From: Minisyncoccota bacterium
GTDB lineage: Bacteria > Patescibacteriota > Minisyncoccia > Phycocordibacterales > Phycocordibacteraceae
Direction: 5' to 3'
DNA: 64,000 bases
Assembly (NCBI GenBank): GCA_035548315.1
Contig: DASZTF010000044.1
Location: forward strand, 95,484 to 159,483
Made by a program: the position numbers and the translations under genes. The notes under the pieces were generated by a model. That model was not told where the DNA came from. It ran no database searches and saw only the letters and a program-made list of their open reading frames with translations. Shown one piece after another: positions 38,559-48,680 of the stretch (position 1 is its first letter; every line of letters starts with the position of its first letter).

Positions 38559-38613
38559 ATTCGCAAAAAGGGTACGCTCCAGGCCGCTCGGCAGTCAGCC
38601 CCTTTTTGCGAAT
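38559..38613. repeat. 14-bp inverted repeat with 27-nt spacer
   Basis: ATTCGCAAAAAGGG...CCCTTTTTGCGAAT. Confidence 0.6.
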
Positions 38614-38649
38614 CATCCGCTACGCGTTACCTTTTGTTATAATCACGGC

Positions 38650-39198
38650 ATGGCATACGACGCATCCAAATTGAAGACGCAGATTAAGGAAACAGAAGAA
38701 TGGCTTAGTCGCGAGCTCGCGGGGGTGCGCACCGGGCGCGCGACACCGACACTCCTCGACTCGATCAAGCCCGAGGTATACGGCGCGCGCACGCCGCTTA
38801 ATCAGGTCGGTTCGGTCTCGATCGAAGACGCGCGCACGCTGCGCATCGTCCCGTGGGACAAGAGCTCCATCAAAGCGATTGAAAAGGCAGTGATAGAAGC
38901 AGACCTTGGTGTGGGCGTCGCCACCGATGACCAGGGACTCCGCGTCACCTTCCCAGAACTCACGGCGGAGCGCCGCACGCTCCTCACCAAGCTCGCGAAC
39001 GAAAAGCACGAGCAGGCAAAGGTGACGCTGCGCGGTCACCGCACGGATGCGATCAAAGAAATAGAAGGTCTCCAGAAGGAGGGCATGGGAGAAGACCAGG
39101 CCAAGCGCGATAAAGAAGAAGTACAGAAGCTGATCGACGCTGCGAACACTGCACTCGAAGCACTCGCGAAGAAAAAGGCAGACGAGATCGCACAGTAA
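38650..39198 (+). CDS. frr: Ribosome recycling factor
   Basis: RTGRA, PWDK, PELTAERR. Confidence 0.96.
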   Translation: MAYDASKLKTQIKETEEWLSRELAGVRTGRATPTLLDSIKPEVYGARTPLNQVGSVSIEDARTLRIVPWDKSSIKAIEKAVIEADLGVGVATDDQGLRVTFPELTAERRTLLTKLANEKHEQAKVTLRGHRTDAIKEIEGLQKEGMGEDQAKRDKEEVQKLIDAANTALEALAKKKADEIAQ

Positions 39199-39200
39199 GC

Positions 39201-40298
39201 ATGGAGGTCCTTATACTCATTATCGTCCTTGTGCTCCTCGTGCTCGTGCACGAGCTTGGGCACTTCATCGCGGCGAAGGCGACAGGCATGCGCGTCGATG
39301 AGTTCGGCATCGGCTATCCGCCACGCGCGCTCACGATGTTTAAGAAAGGCGAGACCACCTACACGCTCAATTGGTTGCCGTTCGGTGGGTTCGTGAAGAT
39401 CTACGGCGAAGATGGGGAAGCGCACGCGACCGACGGCCGTGCGTTCTCTGATAAGAATCGCTTCTCGCAAGCCATCGTACTGGTCGCCGGTATTGCGATG
39501 AACCTTCTCTTTGCGTTGATACTCATTTCCGCGAGCCTCGCGATCGGTACGCCACGCGCGCTCGATGCAAGCGAGGTTGCGAGTGCAAGGGACGCCTCGC
39601 TCGTCATTTCTGACGTCGTGCCTGGATCGCCAGCAGCGGCCGCGGGACTCGTCGTCGGCGACGAAGTGAAGCAAGTGATCAAGGGCGATCAGACGTTCAC
39701 CGCGCTTGATCCAGCGGCATTCACGCCGTTCGTGGCGAGCGATGCAGAGGGTACGCCGATCACCTTTGACCTCGTGCGCGATGGGAGCGAGACACTCATT
39801 TCTGCGGTACCAAAGGCCGGCGTAATTCCAGAAGACCCGACGCGCCCGGCACTCGGCGTCGCACTTGCGGTCGTGGGCACCGTGCCAGTCTCGCCGGCGC
39901 GCGCAATCGTACTCGGCGCTGAGTATACCTGGGCCATCGTGGCCGAGACCGCCACGGGGCTTGCGCACTTCCTCGCGAGCTTCTTTACATTCTCCGCAGA
40001 CCTCTCGCAGGTCTCGGGCCCGGTCGGCATCGCGGGCGCGGTCGGCACGGCAGCCAACGCTGGATTCGGCGCGCTCGTGTCACTCACCGCAGTCATATCG
40101 GTGAACTTGGCGCTCATCAACCTCATTCCCGTGCCGGCGCTCGACGGCGGGAGGCTGCTGTTCGTCATTATCGAAGCGATCACGCGCCGCAAGATCAAGC
40201 CGAACGTCGCGAACGCGGTGAATAGCATCGGCTTCGCCCTTCTTATCATCCTCATGGTCGTCGTAACCGGCCACGACATTTGGAAATTGGTGGGATAG
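39201..40298 (+). CDS. rseP: RIP metalloprotease RseP (M50, PDZ)
   Basis: HELGH, NLIPVPALDGGR. Confidence 0.93.
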   Translation: MEVLILIIVLVLLVLVHELGHFIAAKATGMRVDEFGIGYPPRALTMFKKGETTYTLNWLPFGGFVKIYGEDGEAHATDGRAFSDKNRFSQAIVLVAGIAMNLLFALILISASLAIGTPRALDASEVASARDASLVISDVVPGSPAAAAGLVVGDEVKQVIKGDQTFTALDPAAFTPFVASDAEGTPITFDLVRDGSETLISAVPKAGVIPEDPTRPALGVALAVVGTVPVSPARAIVLGAEYTWAIVAETATGLAHFLASFFTFSADLSQVSGPVGIAGAVGTAANAGFGALVSLTAVISVNLALINLIPVPALDGGRLLFVIIEAITRRKIKPNVANAVNSIGFALLIILMVVVTGHDIWKLVG

Positions 40299-40299
40299 C

Positions 40300-40339
40300 A
40301 AAATCCCCGAACCAGCGTGAGCCGATCCGGGGATTTTTT
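40300..40339. terminator. Bidirectional terminator
   Basis: AAAATCCCCG...CGGGGATTTTTT. Confidence 0.7.
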
Positions 40340-40351
40340 GAGGCGTGTCGC

Positions 40352-40765
40352 TTAGTTGTTGTCAGCGAAATTCGTCTTCGGTTCCGGAGGGATGATGACA
40401 TATCCGTATTTCCGGTGGTGTGCCTTCGTGGTAGTGATGACTTCCACGACGAGCGGGACGCTACGAGGATCCTTCGACTGATCGCCGAGGAATTCGTATG
40501 CTCCGGTCATCAGGTATTCACCGACGGTGGTTTGACAGTGACCGTGGTCGACGTCTTTGTCGACGCCCTGTTCATCGTGCGGTCCGTGGATGGTCGGCGC
40601 GATGTCCTGTGCGGCGAGATACCCGAACCGCGAGTCCGATGAGTCATGGCACATGACCCGGCCGTCGACACCGAGTTTGGCCGGTACGAGTTGTATTCCC
40701 TGAGCGCACGCGGGTGCTGAAAAGAGCAGGGCGCACGCCATTCCTGCAATCGTGAGTCTCTTCAT
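40352..40765 (-). CDS. Secreted hypothetical protein
   Basis: Signal peptide MKRLTIAGMACALLFSAPACA; SD GGAGG; TTGCAA-N16-TATAAC. Confidence 0.72.
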   Translation of the reverse strand: MKRLTIAGMACALLFSAPACAQGIQLVPAKLGVDGRVMCHDSSDSRFGYLAAQDIAPTIHGPHDEQGVDKDVDHGHCQTTVGEYLMTGAYEFLGDQSKDPRSVPLVVEVITTTKAHHRKYGYVIIPPEPKTNFADNN

Positions 40766-40887
40766 TTGATCCTCCCCAGTGGTGAGACTTGCCAATCCGT
40801 AGAATGGATTGCCTAGTTATACGCCCATTCAGATTAATTGCAAGGAGGGGTGGTGCATAACTTTTGCGCGCCGTATACTCTCTAGCA

Positions 40888-42162
40888 ATGCGGCAATCAC
40901 AGCTATTTACGAAAACGCGGAAGCAGGCGCCTTCAGATGAAGAGGCAAAGAACGCCCAGCTCCTTATTCGTGCAGGGTACGTGCACAAACAAATGGCCGG
41001 CGTGTATGCGTACCTGCCGCTCGGGCTTCGGGTGGTCGAGAACATCAAGAAAATAGTGCGCGAAGAGATGAACAAGGTTGGCGGAGAAGAAATGATCATG
41101 ACCTCGCTCCAGCCTAAAGAGCTCTGGGAATCGACCGGCCGCTGGGATGATGCGAACGTCGATGTGTGGTTCAAATCAAAACTCAAGAACGGCGCCGACG
41201 TCGGATTCGGGTGGTCGCACGAGGAACCCATCACCGACATGATGAAGCAGTTCATCGCGAGTTACCGGGACCTGCCAGTGTATGCGTACCAATTCCAGAC
41301 TAAATTGCGTAATGAGCTGCGTGCGAAGTCAGGCATCATGCGGGGGCGCGAGTTCGTGATGAAAGATCTGTACTCGTACACAAAAGACGAGGCGGCTCAC
41401 AAAGAGTTCTACGAAAAAATGACCGCCGCGTACCTCAAGGTGTTTGAGCGGGTTGGCCTCGGTGACCGCACGTACCTCACGTTCGCCTCGGGCGGTGCCT
41501 TCACGCAGTTCTCCCACGAATTCCAGACGATTACAGACATCGGTGAGGACACTATTTATGTGAGCAAGGAGAAAGAGATCGCGATTAATAAGGAGGTGCT
41601 CACCGATGAGGTGATGGCACAGCTCGGAGTTTCTCGCGATGAACTTGAGGAAGTGAAATCAATCGAAGTCGGAAATATCTTTAGCTTCGGCGATGTGAAG
41701 AGCAAGCAGATGGGGCTTATGTATAAAGATGAAAGCGGAGAAGAGAAACCCGTCATCCTCGGCTCCTATGGCATCGGCATCACGCGCCTCATGGGCACGC
41801 TCGTCGAGATATTCGCTGATGATAAGGGCCTCGTCTGGCCGGAAGCCGTTGCGCCGTTCATGGTGCACCTGCTGCTCCTCACGCCGGATGATGAGGCGAC
41901 TAAAGCATACGCCGATGCACTCTACGAAGACCTCCAGAAAGCGGGTGTGGACGTGCTCTACGACGACCGCAGCAACCGCGCGGGGGAGAAGCTCGCGGAC
42001 GCAGACTTGATCGGCATCCCGGCGCGCGTGGTGATCGGTAAGAACACTATTGAGGCGGGAAAGATTGAATCGACCTACCGCCGCACGGGGCAGACCAATC
42101 TCGTCTCGCGCGAGGAATTGATCGCGTTTGCGAGCGGTGCGCAGAAGGCTCACCATGGCTAA
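40888..42162 (+). CDS. proS: Prolyl-tRNA synthetase (short, no INS editing domain)
   Basis: RNELRAKSGIMRGREFVMKDLYS; GSYGIGITR. Confidence 0.96.
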   Translation: MRQSQLFTKTRKQAPSDEEAKNAQLLIRAGYVHKQMAGVYAYLPLGLRVVENIKKIVREEMNKVGGEEMIMTSLQPKELWESTGRWDDANVDVWFKSKLKNGADVGFGWSHEEPITDMMKQFIASYRDLPVYAYQFQTKLRNELRAKSGIMRGREFVMKDLYSYTKDEAAHKEFYEKMTAAYLKVFERVGLGDRTYLTFASGGAFTQFSHEFQTITDIGEDTIYVSKEKEIAINKEVLTDEVMAQLGVSRDELEEVKSIEVGNIFSFGDVKSKQMGLMYKDESGEEKPVILGSYGIGITRLMGTLVEIFADDKGLVWPEAVAPFMVHLLLLTPDDEATKAYADALYEDLQKAGVDVLYDDRSNRAGEKLADADLIGIPARVVIGKNTIEAGKIESTYRRTGQTNLVSREELIAFASGAQKAHHG

Positions 42163-43210
42163 GCGATTCTCCAAGAACTCTTTCTTCTCAAGCGACATCG
42201 GGATCGACCTCGGTACAGCTAACACGCTCGTCTATGTGCGCGGTCGTGGGATCGTGCTCAACGAGCCCTCGGTCGTAGCGGTGAATGATAAAACGGGGCA
42301 GGTGGTGGCAATCGGCGCAGACGCCAAGCGCATGCTCGGCAAGACGCCGCCACATATTCGCGCAGTGCGGCCGCTTTCCCACGGCGTCATCTCTGATTTC
42401 GAAGTCACGCAGGAGCTACTCGCGTATCTCATTAATAAAGCGCATGGCGGGCGTTCGCGCCTCTTTGGCCCGCGCGTGGTCGTGGGCGTGCCGACCGGCG
42501 TCACCAACGTGGAAAGCCGCGCCGTGCGCGACGCGGCGATGACCGCGGGCGCGCGTGAAGTGTTCATCATTGATGAACCAGTCGCCGGCGCTATCGGCAG
42601 CAAGCTCCCAATTCACGAAGCGCTCGGTACCATGGTGCTCGACATCGGCGGTGGTACGACTGACATCGCCGTGCTTGCGCTTACGGGCACGGTGGCGAGT
42701 AAGTCCTCGCATGTTGCCGGTGACCGGTTCAATGAAAACATCATCGATTTTGTCCGGAGCGAGTTCCAGCTCGCGATCGGTGAGCGTACTGCGGAAGACG
42801 TAAAGATCAAGATCGGTGCGGTCACCCCGCAGCCTGAACCGCTCACCATGCAGGTGCGCGGCCGCGATCTCGCCACCGGGCTCCCGCGAGAAATCACGCT
42901 TACCGATACCCATGTGCGCGAAGCGCTCGAGAGCTCACTCGACTCGCTGCTCGAAGCGATGAAGGAAGTGATCGAGAAAACCCCGCCGGAGCTACTTTCA
43001 GACGTGCTCGAGCGCGGGGTCACCATATTTGGCGGCGGTGCGCTCCTGCGCGGGCTGCCCGAGCTTTTGAGCAAAATGCTCGGCGTGCCCGTGCATGTGG
43101 CGACCGACCCGCTTACTGCGGTCGTGCGCGGCGCGGGTATTGTGACAGAAGACCCGACGCCGTGGGCGAGCGTATTTATCGATGAAGAGGACGTACTTCG
43201 GGAGGCGTAA
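42155..43210 (+). CDS. mreB: MreB (copy 2)
   Basis: GIDLGTANT, DIGGGTT; upstream of mreC. Confidence 0.95.
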   Translation: MAKRFSKNSFFSSDIGIDLGTANTLVYVRGRGIVLNEPSVVAVNDKTGQVVAIGADAKRMLGKTPPHIRAVRPLSHGVISDFEVTQELLAYLINKAHGGRSRLFGPRVVVGVPTGVTNVESRAVRDAAMTAGAREVFIIDEPVAGAIGSKLPIHEALGTMVLDIGGGTTDIAVLALTGTVASKSSHVAGDRFNENIIDFVRSEFQLAIGERTAEDVKIKIGAVTPQPEPLTMQVRGRDLATGLPREITLTDTHVREALESSLDSLLEAMKEVIEKTPPELLSDVLERGVTIFGGGALLRGLPELLSKMLGVPVHVATDPLTAVVRGAGIVTEDPTPWASVFIDEEDVLREA

Positions 43211-43967
43211 TGCCCTTATATCGCGCGGCACCGCGCTTATCGGCGGCGCATTCGCGCTCGTGGCACTTATCATACTCGTCCTGCGCCTCGCGTTCCCGAG
43301 CGCGCTCGTTTCAGTCGCAACACCACTGTGGAAGTTCTCTGCAGCAGCGGGGGAGGCTTTCCACGCTGGCGCGGCATCGTTTGCGTCACCCGCCGCACTG
43401 CAACGCGAGCTCGATACCGCACGTGCGCAGAACGACGCGCTCACGAACCAGAACAAGACGCTCGCTGCACAGGTCGTTGATCTACAGAACCTGCTTGGCT
43501 CGCGAACAGACGTGCCGCCTGCAGTACTCGCGAGCGTGCTCACGCGCCCGCCCGAGAGCCCGTATGACACGCTCGTCATCGATCAAGGATCGCGCGCGAC
43601 GATCGCGCCCGACGCGCTCGTGACCGGCCCCGGCGGCGTACCGGTGGGGAAAGTGGCCTCGGTGAACGCCGCATCCGCGCGCGTGCTGCTTTTCTCTGCG
43701 CCCGGCACGGCGACCAATGCATGGGTGGGACAGCATAAAGTACCAATTACGCTTACGGGCGCTGGTAGTGGTGCGTTCGACGCCACGGTTCCGAAGGACG
43801 CGAACATTGTCATCGGTGATTCCGTGTATGTCGCCGACGGTGGCGCCGCGGCGATGGGGACGGTCGTGCGCCTTGATAGCGATCCCTCCTCGACGAGCGT
43901 GACGCTGCGCATCCAACCGCTCGTGAATCCGTTCTCGCTTACGTGGGTGCTTGTCTCTCGTTCATGA
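43182..43967 (+). CDS. mreC: Rod shape-determining protein MreC
   Basis: TM, coiled coil, LVIDQG..VGKV; synteny. Confidence 0.85.
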   Translation: MKRTYFGRRNALISRGTALIGGAFALVALIILVLRLAFPSALVSVATPLWKFSAAAGEAFHAGAASFASPAALQRELDTARAQNDALTNQNKTLAAQVVDLQNLLGSRTDVPPAVLASVLTRPPESPYDTLVIDQGSRATIAPDALVTGPGGVPVGKVASVNAASARVLLFSAPGTATNAWVGQHKVPITLTGAGSGAFDATVPKDANIVIGDSVYVADGGAAAMGTVVRLDSDPSSTSVTLRIQPLVNPFSLTWVLVSRS

Positions 43968-44221
43968 CACGCTCCGTACTGATGGTGCTCGCAGCTGTCT
44001 CGGTTTTTCTTTTTCCGTGGCCCTACGTTACGGCGCTGGTTTTCCTTGCAGCGCTCTATGTGCCGCTCATCGGCATCTCGCTCGGTGTCATCTATGACGC
44101 CCTCTATTACACGCAGGGCGGTGGGTGGCCGGTGGCAACGCTTGCCGGCATCGTGGGTTCGGTCGCTGCGTTCTTCCTCGCGCGATTCATCCGCTCGCGC
44201 ATCGCGGATGTGTCGCTCTAG
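43964..44221 (+). CDS. Small membrane protein in MreD position
   Basis: 85-aa hydrophobic ORF between mreC and pbp2. Confidence 0.65.
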   Translation: MTRSVLMVLAAVSVFLFPWPYVTALVFLAALYVPLIGISLGVIYDALYYTQGGGWPVATLAGIVGSVAAFFLARFIRSRIADVSL

Positions 44222-44253
44222 GCGCGAGCCGCGCTTTTCGATAGACTAGAACG

Positions 44254-45939
44254 ATGTGGGGGATAGGGAGTCGCAATCGGTACCGCGATCCGGAAATTGC
44301 ACCGGACGAGATTTTTCTTGATTCGAGCAATCTCCCCGACTTCAACCGCTCCCAGCTTGAAGGAAAACTCGAGAAGCCAATCTCGCGCCGCACCTATGGC
44401 ATATTCGGTGCGGTCATCGCGCTCATACTCATCGCCCTCCTCAGCCAGGCCTGGAATCTCCAGGTGCATCAGGGAGTCGCGTACGCGGCCCGCAGCGAGA
44501 AAAATGTCCTCGCACCCGAGACACTGTTTGCCGCACGCGGCATCATCACGGATAGAAATGGCTCGCCCCTCGTGACGAACGAAGCATCGAGTTCGAGTGA
44601 CCCCGCGGCGTTCGCGAATCGTGTGTACAAAACTCCAGGATTCGGCCAGCTGCTCGGGTACGTCTCGTATCCCAAAAAGGACACGTCGGGTAATTATTAC
44701 GACACCGACATCACCGGCGTCGCGGGAGTGGAGGAGACGTTCAATACACAGCTGGCTGGCGAGAACGGCACGCTGCTCGTGGAGCGAGACGCGCTCGGGA
44801 AAGCGCAGTCGGAAGGTACCATCGTCTCGCCTCAAAACGGCGCGACGCTCACGCTCTCCATTGATGCTCGTGCGCAGAGCGCGTTCTACAGTGCGATTTC
44901 ATCCCTCGCGGATAGGATCCCATTTAGCGGTGGCGCGGGCATCATGATGGACGTGAATACGGGGCAGGTCATCGCGCTCGTTTCCTATCCCGAATACGAC
45001 CCCAACATACTCTCTGCCGGTCAGCCGCGCAGCGTAATCGCTGGGTATTCCACCGACTCGCGCACGCCGTACCTCGACCGTCCCGTGCAGGGCCTTTACA
45101 CGCCCGGCTCCATCGTGAAGCCCGAAGAAGCTGCAGGCGCCCTTACCGACGGGGTGGTGACGCCGAACACCACGGTGAACGACATCGGCTACATCACTAT
45201 CCCTAATCCGTACGATCCAAGCCACCCGAATAAATTCGTGGACTGGAAAGCCATCGGTGTCGAGGATCTGCGTAAGGCCATCGCGTATTCCTCGGACGTC
45301 TATTTCTACATGGTGGGTGGCGGGTACCAGGGGCAGGGCGGGCTCGGCATTGATAGGCTCGGGCAATGGTACAGCACCTTTGGACTCACCAGTGAGACCG
45401 GCATACAGCTGCCCGGAGAAAAGAGCGGATTCGTCCCCGACCCCGCGTGGAAACAAAAGACGTTTAGTGAAGCGTGGAATATCGGTGATACCTATCACAC
45501 GGCGATCGGGCAGTATTCGATGCAGGTGACGCCAATAGAAATGGCGCGGGCGATAGCCGCGATCGCAAACGGCGGTAAACTCGTGACGCCGACTTTGATA
45601 AAGGACGCGCCGCCGCAGGGAGAGTCGATTGCCGTAAATCCGCAGATGCTCCAAGTAGTGCGCGAGGGCATGCGCATGGGCGTGACGGAGGGCACGTCGG
45701 TTGGTCTAAATGACATGTCGTTTGTGCAGCCCGCCGGCAAGACGGGTACCGCGCAGACTGGCCTGCACAACGAGTACTACAACTCCTGGGCGGTAGGGTT
45801 CTGGCCGTATAACGCTCCCAAATACGTGTACGTCGTGATGATGGAGCACGGCCCGGCGGGGAACGCGCTCGGCGGCATCTACGCCATGCACCAGGTTTTC
45901 ATGGACCTCCATCAGTCAGCGCCTGAGTACTTTGAATAG
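44254..45939 (+). CDS. mrdA: Penicillin-binding protein 2
   Basis: RGIITDRNG, SIVK, SSD, KTG. Confidence 0.9.
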   Translation: MWGIGSRNRYRDPEIAPDEIFLDSSNLPDFNRSQLEGKLEKPISRRTYGIFGAVIALILIALLSQAWNLQVHQGVAYAARSEKNVLAPETLFAARGIITDRNGSPLVTNEASSSSDPAAFANRVYKTPGFGQLLGYVSYPKKDTSGNYYDTDITGVAGVEETFNTQLAGENGTLLVERDALGKAQSEGTIVSPQNGATLTLSIDARAQSAFYSAISSLADRIPFSGGAGIMMDVNTGQVIALVSYPEYDPNILSAGQPRSVIAGYSTDSRTPYLDRPVQGLYTPGSIVKPEEAAGALTDGVVTPNTTVNDIGYITIPNPYDPSHPNKFVDWKAIGVEDLRKAIAYSSDVYFYMVGGGYQGQGGLGIDRLGQWYSTFGLTSETGIQLPGEKSGFVPDPAWKQKTFSEAWNIGDTYHTAIGQYSMQVTPIEMARAIAAIANGGKLVTPTLIKDAPPQGESIAVNPQMLQVVREGMRMGVTEGTSVGLNDMSFVQPAGKTGTAQTGLHNEYYNSWAVGFWPYNAPKYVYVVMMEHGPAGNALGGIYAMHQVFMDLHQSAPEYFE

Positions 45940-45996
45940 TTGCGTGTTTTCATAGGGCACGTACAATACCTGCACATTATCCGATCGCCTCTGTAC

Positions 45997-46467
45997 ATGA
46001 CCGACCAGGAAACTATTGTTTCGCAGGAAAAATTCGATGAGATGACCAAAGAGCTTGAGCATCTCAAGACCGTGCGCCGTACGGAAATTGCGAAGAACCT
46101 CGAATACGCTCGCTCGCTCGGCGACCTTTCCGAGAATGCAGAGTACCAAGAAGCCCGCGAGCTCCAGGCCGCGACCGAGGAGCGCATCCGCAAATTGGAA
46201 GAGCTCGTGAAGCACGCCAAGATCCAGACCGATCACAAGAAAAAGGACGCGGTTGGATTCGGGTCCAAGGTATCTATCAAGAAGCAGGGAGCCACTGAGG
46301 GCCACGAGTACACCATCGTGGGCAGCGAGGAAGCAGACATGCGCGAGCACAAGCTCTCGCACCTCTCGCCGCTCGGTGCTGCGCTCATGGGCAAGAAGAA
46401 GGGAGAAGTATTCACCTTCGAAACCCCGAACGGCAAGCAGACCTACTCGATCGAAAAGGTCGCGTAA
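45997..46467 (+). CDS. greA: Transcription elongation factor GreA
   Basis: GDLSENAEY; SPLGAALMGK. Confidence 0.96.
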   Translation: MTDQETIVSQEKFDEMTKELEHLKTVRRTEIAKNLEYARSLGDLSENAEYQEARELQAATEERIRKLEELVKHAKIQTDHKKKDAVGFGSKVSIKKQGATEGHEYTIVGSEEADMREHKLSHLSPLGAALMGKKKGEVFTFETPNGKQTYSIEKVA

Positions 46468-46483
46468 TCGAGCGCTTATGTGA

Positions 46484-46516
46484 CACAAAACGCCCCGCGC
46501 TGCGGGGCGTTTTGTG
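46484..46516 (+). terminator. Intrinsic terminator
   Basis: CACAAAACGCCCCGC-GCT-GCGGGGCGTTTTGTG. Confidence 0.8.
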
Positions 46517-46595
46517 CACAGTTGCCGGGCGTGACCCGTCAGGGTTACTCTGTACCAGAACGGGCGTGACCCGTTCTTTCACAGGGGAGTACTGC

Positions 46596-46937
46596 ATGCT
46601 CACATTGGCACGAGTACCACTCGATGGCATGCGCGGGACCATTTCGGCAAGGCTCGTCGAGGAGGCACTCAATCAGGTCATGCCGGACGACGACCATACC
46701 TGCGCTGCCGGCACGATACTGTTCGTGGTCGATGACCTGAACAACGTGCTCAGCTGGTGTCAGTTCGGCGATAATCCTCAGTTGCGCGGACGCGTCCGTC
46801 ACGCAGCGCGGGACGAGGCTCATGGCGGCAGCGCCATCTACCTCAATCGCGGCACGCCAGAAGCACTCGAGTTCGCCGGGCGGCTCCGAGCGGCCATCTA
46901 TCAGGCGGCGGTCGAAGCGTCGACTCCAGTGCACTAG
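46596..46937 (+). CDS. Hypothetical protein
   Basis: GGGGAG SD; bracketed by terminators. Confidence 0.62.
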   Translation: MLTLARVPLDGMRGTISARLVEEALNQVMPDDDHTCAAGTILFVVDDLNNVLSWCQFGDNPQLRGRVRHAARDEAHGGSAIYLNRGTPEALEFAGRLRAAIYQAAVEASTPVH

Positions 46938-46956
46938 TACGTTCGTGTTTCGTGCG

Positions 46957-46988
46957 AAAAGGCGGATCGTCCCGACGATCCGCCCTTT
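46957..46988 (+). terminator. Terminator
   Basis: GGCGGATCGTC-CC-GACGATCCGCC-CTTT. Confidence 0.7.
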
Positions 46989-47011
46989 CAGTTGTATGCT
47001 AGGATGCCGAT

Positions 47012-48469
47012 ATGGCACTTATTGAGACGATACGCGAGGAGCGCCTCGCGAAGATTGCCCGCATGAAAGACGCGGGCATTGAACCTTACCCAGCCCAGAC
47101 CTCCCGTACCCACACGATCGAGTCGTTCCTCGCGAACCACGAATCGCTCGTGGCAGCGGGGACCGAGGTCACTATCGCGGGCCGCGTCATGTCCATACGC
47201 GAGCATGGTGCGTCCATGTTCGTGGATCTCTTTGACGGCACCAAGGGGCAGGTATTCATGGAGCACGACAAGATGCCCGACGCCTTCGACTCCTTTGTGG
47301 CGTACGCTGACCAGAGCGATATTGTGGAGGTCACAGGGGTTGCATTTACCACCAAGCGCGGTCAGCCGAGCCTCTCCGCGACCGGCTGGCGCATGCTCGC
47401 GAAGTCGCTGCGGCCCGTACCGGACGAGTGGTTCGGCATCAAGGACGAGGACGAACGCTATCGTAAGCGCTACCTCGACATTTTGCTTTCCTCTGAGCGT
47501 GCAGATCGTATCAAGCGCCGCAGCGCGTTCTGGCAGGCCATTCGCTCGTTCATGCTGGGGCGCGGATATATAGAGGTGGAGACACCCGCGCTCGAGACCA
47601 CTACGGGTGGCGCCGACGCGCGGCCATTCGAGACGCACCACAACGCGCTCGATATCTCCGTATACCTGCGCATCAGCGCGGGCGAGCTCTGGCAGAAGCG
47701 CCTCATGGTCGCGGGGCTACCGAAAGTGTTTGAGATCGGGCGCATATTCCGCAACGAGGGCATGAGCGCAGAGCACCTACAAGACTACACGCAGATGGAG
47801 TCATACGAATCGTACATGGATTACCGCGCAGGTATGGAGATGGTGCAGGCGCTCTACCGCCACATCGCCGATCAGGTATATGGCACCCGCGTATTTAAAA
47901 TAAAGGATTTTGAAATCGACCTTGGGAAAGAATGGGAGGTGTACGACTACTGCGAGCTCATTCGCTCGGAGTACGGTATTGATCCGCTCGCTACAAGCGC
48001 GGCAGAGGTGGAGCGCGTGCTCGCCGAGCGCGGTATTGCGTATGAGAAAGAAGGATTCAACCTTGAGCGAGGCGTGGACCTCCTATGGAAGCAGCAGCGC
48101 AAATCAATTGCCGGCCCCGGATTCCTCACGCGCGTACCGGTCTACCTCGAGCCGCTTGCAAAGCGCGATGCGAGCGAGCCGCGCGTCGTGGAGCGCTTCC
48201 AGGTGATCCTCGCGGGCTCGGAGATGGGGAAGGGATACAGCGAGCTCAACGATCCGGTCGACCAGGCCGAGCGCTTTGCCCGTCAACAAAAGATGCGCGA
48301 CGCGGGTGACGACGAGGCGCAGATGGAAGATAAGACCTACGTCGAGGCGCTTGAGTTTGGTATGCCGCCCACATTTGGTTTTGGCGTATCGGAACGACTC
48401 TTCTCATTCCTCGAAGGAGTCTCGGTACGGGAGGGACAGATCTTCCCGCTCATGCGTCCGCGCGAGTAG
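47012..48469 (+). CDS. lysS: Lysyl-tRNA synthetase class II
   Basis: YRKRYLD, GGADARPF, FRNEG, GMPPTFGFG. Confidence 0.96.
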   Translation: MALIETIREERLAKIARMKDAGIEPYPAQTSRTHTIESFLANHESLVAAGTEVTIAGRVMSIREHGASMFVDLFDGTKGQVFMEHDKMPDAFDSFVAYADQSDIVEVTGVAFTTKRGQPSLSATGWRMLAKSLRPVPDEWFGIKDEDERYRKRYLDILLSSERADRIKRRSAFWQAIRSFMLGRGYIEVETPALETTTGGADARPFETHHNALDISVYLRISAGELWQKRLMVAGLPKVFEIGRIFRNEGMSAEHLQDYTQMESYESYMDYRAGMEMVQALYRHIADQVYGTRVFKIKDFEIDLGKEWEVYDYCELIRSEYGIDPLATSAAEVERVLAERGIAYEKEGFNLERGVDLLWKQQRKSIAGPGFLTRVPVYLEPLAKRDASEPRVVERFQVILAGSEMGKGYSELNDPVDQAERFARQQKMRDAGDDEAQMEDKTYVEALEFGMPPTFGFGVSERLFSFLEGVSVREGQIFPLMRPRE

Positions 48470-48472
48470 TAG

Positions 48473-48498
48473 AAAGGCGGTCCAGAAGGACCGCCTTT
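48473..48498. terminator. Bidirectional terminator
   Basis: AAAGGCGGTCC-AGAA-GGACCGCCTTT. Confidence 0.75.
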
Positions 48499-48518
48499 GT
48501 TCGTTGGGCATAGGTTTT

Positions 48519-48680
48519 TTAAAGCCGATCTTCTTGCCAGAGTCGCGTGATCCGACCCACCTTTTCTTGATAGTCAGGTGTCGGTACCGATTGTGGCGTC
48601 GTGCCCGAAGGTGCTGCGTTTTTCTTGTCGTCCTGGCCAGCAAGCGGGCCGGGTTGTTCTTCTTTGCTTCCGTTGTCCAT
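48519..48680 (-). CDS. Small hydrophilic hypothetical protein (53 aa)
   Basis: SD AAAGGAGG upstream; ends near terminator. Confidence 0.5.
   Translation of the reverse strand: MDNGSKEEQPGPLAGQDDKKNAAPSGTTPQSVPTPDYQEKVGRITRLWQEDRL

Noticed and set aside
38573-38599. SRP RNA domain IV (CAGG...CAG)
   Set aside because: Lacks the GNRA tetraloop and AGCAG motif
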